This document shows positions 59,895-64,000 of a stretch of 64,000 nt of DNA, one piece after another. Location of the stretch: NCBI GenBank assembly GCA_965220285.1, contig OZ244818.1:4133629-4197628 (forward strand), written 5' to 3'. Made by a program: the position numbers and the translations under genes. The notes below the pieces were generated by a model, which saw only the letters and a list, made by a program, of their open reading frames with translations, ran no database searches and was not told the DNA's origin. This stretch comes from Caldilineaceae bacterium (GTDB lineage Bacteria; Chloroflexota; Anaerolineae; Caldilineales; Caldilineaceae). Position 1 is the stretch's first letter. Each line of letters starts with the position of its first letter.

Positions 59895-62285
59895 TTATCC
59901 GTCATCGGAGTCGGTTTCTTCCTCCGAAGCGTCTACCACTTCCAGCGTGTAAGTCCCCTCTTCATCGCCCAGCGCAGAGCTGACTTCGACGATCAGTTGC
60001 AGATCGCTGGGGACCTCCAGCTCCTCAAGTGCGGCGTCCGTGTCATATGAATCGTCATCGGTCATGATCGGTGAGTCGCCGTCGAGATAGAGGGCCAGGT
60101 AGGTATCGAACTCCTCGCTACGGGCAAAGATGCTGATGACGTCGCCCGCGGAGAGCGGAAGGGTGTACTGTACTACCGTCTGGGCTGCTAGCGTTCCCTC
60201 TATCACATCTCCGATAGCGATCTCGCCCCCATCAATTGTCTCCACTGCCAGCAAAGAGTCGAGGTGAGCGACGGCTGCGTCTAGCAGAACGCGGTCAACA
60301 TCGTCCGCCAGTAGAGTCTCTCTTGTAACCGGCACAAGGACAGTAGGTACTACGCCAATGCCTTCGATGTGAATTTCGCCGTCGGGGTCTACGGCCCGCC
60401 CGATGGTGAACGTGAAGTACTCATCGTCGGGCATCTTAATGCTCTTGATGCTGCCGCCCAACCCACCGGTGGGGTAATGGCCGACGATGTGGGCGCGGTC
60501 GTTGATGGTCATATCGTAGGAGAAAAACTCACAGGCGCTGAGGCAAAATGGGCCGACAATGACTGCGACTTCGCCATCGTAACGCAAATCCTCGGCCGGC
60601 AGGTAGTAGCGGTCTTCTCCCTCCGGATTGAAGTAGAACCCGCCCCGGTCCTCATCATAGTACCCGGCATTGCCGAGAACGTGGGGCTCATGGAAGAAGT
60701 AGGCGGCCATCTGATCGGCGAGGAAGCCGCTCCCGCCGCCATTTTGGCGCATGTCGATGATGAGACCGCTGACAGCGTAGCGGTTCAATGTGCGGATCAT
60801 GCGTTCCCACAGCTGAACGGTCAACACGCTGTTGTCGGAAAAGCTGTCAATCTTTACGTAGCCGTAGTCGTTCTCTCCGTATTCGTCCGCTTCCAGCAGC
60901 TCATAGGCCACGGGGATTTCGAACCCGGTCGTTCCCCTGGCAAACGAGGAAAAGCTGAAGCTGTCATATTCGCTGATGACCTTCATCGTTTCCGTTACTT
61001 CCTCGCCTTCCGCGTCTATCCAAGTTAACTCGACTTCAGTTTCGATCGGGAAGCGGACGGCATAGCGCATCTGCTGCAAGCGCTTGAAGTGATCTGTGCT
61101 GAACGGCGCGGAGTGAGCGACGGCGTTGCTGATGGCGTCGGCGATGGGGACGCCGTCGATGGCTACGATCTCGGTTCCAAGTTCGATTCCGGCTGCCTCA
61201 GCAGGGCTGCCCTCCGTGACGAAATTGACGATTACCGGGCCTTCCTCCGTCTCCCGAATCGCGATGCCCAGGCCGCCGGCAATATCCTGCTGAAAATCTT
61301 CGCGTATGAAGGGCCCGCTCACATGACCGTCGGGGATCGACCAGCTGAAGTCGCGTAGCGCCCGCTGGTAGTCTCGGGAATCTTCGTCTTCAGCGGCAGC
61401 CTCGAAGCGAGGCAGAAACTCTGTCCTCTTCGCCTCCCAGTCAATTCCCTTATACTCCGTAAACGCGTACTCTTTCTTGAGAAGATCAACCAGCGAGTTG
61501 AAGGCTTCAGGATAGGACTGCTCGGAGTAGTCGACGAGTGCGATGCCCTCTGGTTCGATCAGATCGACAACCGGGTTACGCGAGCGGTCGAAGCTGAAGG
61601 GCTCGGCGTCCAAGTTGACGATCGTATACCCTTCAGGCAGGATCACGATCGGATCATCGTCGGTAAAAAGCAGCCCGTCTTCGCCGAAGCCAGAGGGAAA
61701 GCCCTGCTGATCATCGGGGGCGTAGACAAGGAAGATACCGCCAACGATCTCCCGTTCCGTTTCAATTTCGTCGCTGATGCGCGTCGAAGCGTAGGCCGTC
61801 GACCAGCCTCCGCCGTAGAGATCCCTCTCCTCAAGGAATGGATCGCCAAAAGTGTTGTCCCAGTAAGCAATCGCGAATACCTGCACACCCTGATCTTCTG
61901 AACTGTCATTGTCGACATCGCGATAACTGCCCTGCGGTTCGATTGGGAGGGCAAGCGAATACTCAAAAGGTGATGTAAAGAAATCCGTTGTTATCTGACC
62001 GATGGTCTGGGATTCGACCGGCATAAGAAAATGCTCATTGCGGTCTACGAATCCAGCCTGGTCCTCAAGTATCACCAGCGGTTGCGCCACGCCGATTGTG
62101 AAGTACGGCGCGGTGTAGCTGACACTTCCCGAAATTCTGACGGCCCCGCCTTCGTCATTTACGATGGGCGCCGCCGGGGGCGATTCGCTGCTTTCCTGAG
62201 CGAGAGTATCGGAAGCGAAAAACGATCCCAGAATCAGCGCTGCAGCAAGTAGTACACAGAAACCTCCAACCAAACGCGCATTCAT
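59895..62285 (-). CDS. S41-family (C-terminal-processing / tricorn-core-like) serine peptidase with PDZ domain, secreted
   Basis: Signal-like MNARLVGGFCVLLAAALILG, PDZ GSPAEAAGIELGTEIVAIDG, S41 motif IIDMRQNGGGS. ATG 62285 is preceded by AAGGAGA. Confidence 0.85.
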   Translation of the reverse strand: MNARLVGGFCVLLAAALILGSFFASDTLAQESSESPPAAPIVNDEGGAVRISGSVSYTAPYFTIGVAQPLVILEDQAGFVDRNEHFLMPVESQTIGQITTDFFTSPFEYSLALPIEPQGSYRDVDNDSSEDQGVQVFAIAYWDNTFGDPFLEERDLYGGGWSTAYASTRISDEIETEREIVGGIFLVYAPDDQQGFPSGFGEDGLLFTDDDPIVILPEGYTIVNLDAEPFSFDRSRNPVVDLIEPEGIALVDYSEQSYPEAFNSLVDLLKKEYAFTEYKGIDWEAKRTEFLPRFEAAAEDEDSRDYQRALRDFSWSIPDGHVSGPFIREDFQQDIAGGLGIAIRETEEGPVIVNFVTEGSPAEAAGIELGTEIVAIDGVPIADAISNAVAHSAPFSTDHFKRLQQMRYAVRFPIETEVELTWIDAEGEEVTETMKVISEYDSFSFSSFARGTTGFEIPVAYELLEADEYGENDYGYVKIDSFSDNSVLTVQLWERMIRTLNRYAVSGLIIDMRQNGGGSGFLADQMAAYFFHEPHVLGNAGYYDEDRGGFYFNPEGEDRYYLPAEDLRYDGEVAVIVGPFCLSACEFFSYDMTINDRAHIVGHYPTGGLGGSIKSIKMPDDEYFTFTIGRAVDPDGEIHIEGIGVVPTVLVPVTRETLLADDVDRVLLDAAVAHLDSLLAVETIDGGEIAIGDVIEGTLAAQTVVQYTLPLSAGDVISIFARSEEFDTYLALYLDGDSPIMTDDDSYDTDAALEELEVPSDLQLIVEVSSALGDEEGTYTLEVVDASEEETDSDDG

Positions 62286-62360
62286 TCCTTTCTCCTTATA
62301 ATAGTTCCTTTGTCCCGACAAAAGGGCTCTCCGGCTCACGCGAGATGCGAAATAACCGAT

Positions 62361-63335
62361 TCAGGTCAACCGGCCCCTCTCAAAATCAATCATATCATCC
62401 AGGATTTCCGGCAACAAGTGGGTAGGCTTCCATCCGATTTCGTCGGCGATTTTCGAGATATCCGGTACGCGCCTGCGCAAATCCTCGAATCCGGCGGCAT
62501 AGGCCTGGCCATAAGGAAGATAGTGGATGGGCGAAGCAGAATCGGCGCGGTCGACAGTCAGTTCGGCCAGCTCGCCGATTGTCACCTCATGATTGCTGCC
62601 AACATTGTAGATCTGTCCACTGGCTGTCGTTCGGCCCAGCAAGCCAACAATCGCCTGCACCACGTCAGCTACATGACAGAAGCAACGAGTCTGCATGCCG
62701 TCACCGTAGACGGTCAGAGGCTGGCCCCGCAGCGCCTGCCTGACGAACCTCGGCAGGACCATACCGAAACGGCCTGTCTGCCTCGGCCCAACGACGTTGA
62801 AAAAGCGCAAAATCGTGAGCGGTAGTCCGAACTCCTGGTGGGCGGCGAGAGCGAGGAATTCATCGAGCAGCTTGGTCGCGGCGTAGACCCATCGGGTGGT
62901 GTTTGGTGGACCAAGGATCAGGTCGTCGCCTTCGGAGAATGGCAGTGATCTACTCTTGCCGTAGACTTCGCTGGTACTGGCTATCAGAGTATGGCAGCCG
63001 TAACGCCTGGCAGCCGCCAGCAGGGCGTGTGTACCGAGGACGTTGGTTTCTATCGTCTGGGTAGGGTGCTCCAGGACCAGTTGCACGCCCACTGCGGCCG
63101 CCAGATGCACTATTGCGTCAGCGCGACCAGCCAGTTCGTCCAGTGCAGCAGCATCGTCAAGGGCGGCTTGGACAAATGAGAAGCGAGGATGCCCCTGAAG
63201 ACCTTGGATGTTTACTGCCGCACCTGTGCTGAGATTGTCAAGAACGGAGACTGAATCGCCGCGCTGCAGCAAGGCGTCAGCGAGGTGGCTGCCGATAAAT
63301 CCGGCGCCGCCTGTAATCAGAATGTGCATAGGCAT
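62361..63335 (-). CDS. NAD-dependent sugar-nucleotide epimerase/dehydratase (extended SDR)
   Basis: ILITGGAGFIGSHL and the YAATK catalytic pair; 324 aa. Confidence 0.88.
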   Translation of the reverse strand: MPMHILITGGAGFIGSHLADALLQRGDSVSVLDNLSTGAAVNIQGLQGHPRFSFVQAALDDAAALDELAGRADAIVHLAAAVGVQLVLEHPTQTIETNVLGTHALLAAARRYGCHTLIASTSEVYGKSRSLPFSEGDDLILGPPNTTRWVYAATKLLDEFLALAAHQEFGLPLTILRFFNVVGPRQTGRFGMVLPRFVRQALRGQPLTVYGDGMQTRCFCHVADVVQAIVGLLGRTTASGQIYNVGSNHEVTIGELAELTVDRADSASPIHYLPYGQAYAAGFEDLRRRVPDISKIADEIGWKPTHLLPEILDDMIDFERGRLT

Positions 63336-63419
63336 CCTGGTCTGTTATAAAAGTCCCTGTGGTTGTGCCTCTGACCGGAAACCCATTCAGGGGCAGCCTG
63401 TCACTGTCCAAAAGCCACT

Positions 63420-64000
63420 CTAGTGTCGAAAATGCCGCGTACCGGTCAAGGCCATCACCAGACCCAGACGGTTGCAACTCGCAACAACTTCCTCATCACG
63501 GATGGAGCCTCCGGGCTGTACGACAGCGGCGATTCCGTGGGCAGCCGCGGCTTCGATGCCGTCGGCAAAGGGGAAGAAGGCATCTGAAGCCATGACGGCG
63601 CCGCGTGCTCTTTCTCCCGCTTTGTGACCGGCAAGCATGACCGAGTCGACGCGACTCATCTGGCCGGCGCCTACGCCAACGGTCGCTCGATTCTTGGCGT
63701 ATACGATGGCGTTGCTTTTGACATGGCGGCAGACGCGCCAGGCGAACGCGAGATCGGCCAGCTGTTTCGCATCGGGCAGCCTTTCAGTCACGATGCGCCA
63801 GTTGGAAGGATCAAAGTCTTGCTGGCTGTTGTCCAACTCCTGGACCAGGGCGCCGCCGTAGACGGTACGGATGTTTAGTGAACGGGCGGCGGCACCGCAT
63901 GCGCGTAATATTCGCAGGTTTTTCTTGCGTTGGAGCAACGACAGTGCGTCCTCGTCGAATGCGGGCGCGGCCACAATCTCGATGAACAGCTTTGCCATCT
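63420..64000 (-). CDS. purH: Bifunctional AICAR transformylase / IMP cyclohydrolase, C-terminal part; the 5' end lies outside the window
   Basis: C-terminal QPGGSIRDEEV ... TGTRHFRH stop is the typical PurH end. The frame stays open to the window edge. Confidence 0.9.
   Translation of the reverse strand, partial: MAKLFIEIVAAPAFDEDALSLLQRKKNLRILRACGAAARSLNIRTVYGGALVQELDNSQQDFDPSNWRIVTERLPDAKQLADLAFAWRVCRHVKSNAIVYAKNRATVGVGAGQMSRVDSVMLAGHKAGERARGAVMASDAFFPFADGIEAAAAHGIAAVVQPGGSIRDEEVVASCNRLGLVMALTGTRHFRH

Overview
This is a GC-rich (judged by eye, not computed), tightly packed bacterial chromosomal segment. I can support about 57 protein-coding genes. I recognised no rRNA, tRNA, CRISPR array, transposase or integrase. 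All product calls come from reading motifs in the supplied translations, not from any search. The gene families and the use of a T-box are reminiscent of Chloroflexota-type genomes, but that is a weak inference. Contents in order: (1) aroA(partial)-aroE-trpB-trpA on the + strand. (2) A long minus-strand run holding a PucR-type regulator, a membrane protein, an acidic small protein, a signal-less M23 peptidase and a lone solute-binding protein. (3) An 11-gene aromatic/tryptophan operon, trpE-trpS-trpG-(APH-like kinase)-trpD-trpC-(DUF554)-trpF-aroC-aroK/aroB fusion-aroQ. It sits behind a consensus promoter and a readable Trp-specific (UGG) T-box riboswitch with a terminator. (4) dCMP deaminase, a membrane protein, ftsH and a Tat-signal metallophosphoesterase. 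(5) A ~19 kb enzyme island with no regulator: 4 VOC/glyoxalase paralogs, 3 SDRs, 2 PhyH-type dioxygenases, an MBL hydrolase, a 2-hydroxyacid dehydrogenase, a CUT1-type sugar ABC importer with an uncharacterised 567-aa protein, a xylose-isomerase-like TIM barrel, a Gfo/Idh/MocA oxidoreductase and a TPP enzyme. (6) mutS preceded by a 729-aa CHAT-domain protein. (7) A JAMM protease, a ThiS/MoaD-like protein ending GG-SR, a rhodanese-E1 fusion and a cysteine synthase, i.e. a CysO/CysM-type sulfur-carrier cluster. A ~370-nt structured leader with its own promoter and terminator sits in front of the carrier gene. (8) A MacB/FtsX-type ABC pair, an M24 aminopeptidase, an S41 peptidase, an NAD-epimerase/dehydratase and partial purH. 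The most interesting unexplained items are the unclassified leader RNA at 51.9-52.3 kb, the APH-like kinase and DUF554 protein embedded in the trp operon, the CHAT protein next to mutS and divergent from the JAMM gene, and the regulator-less catabolic island.
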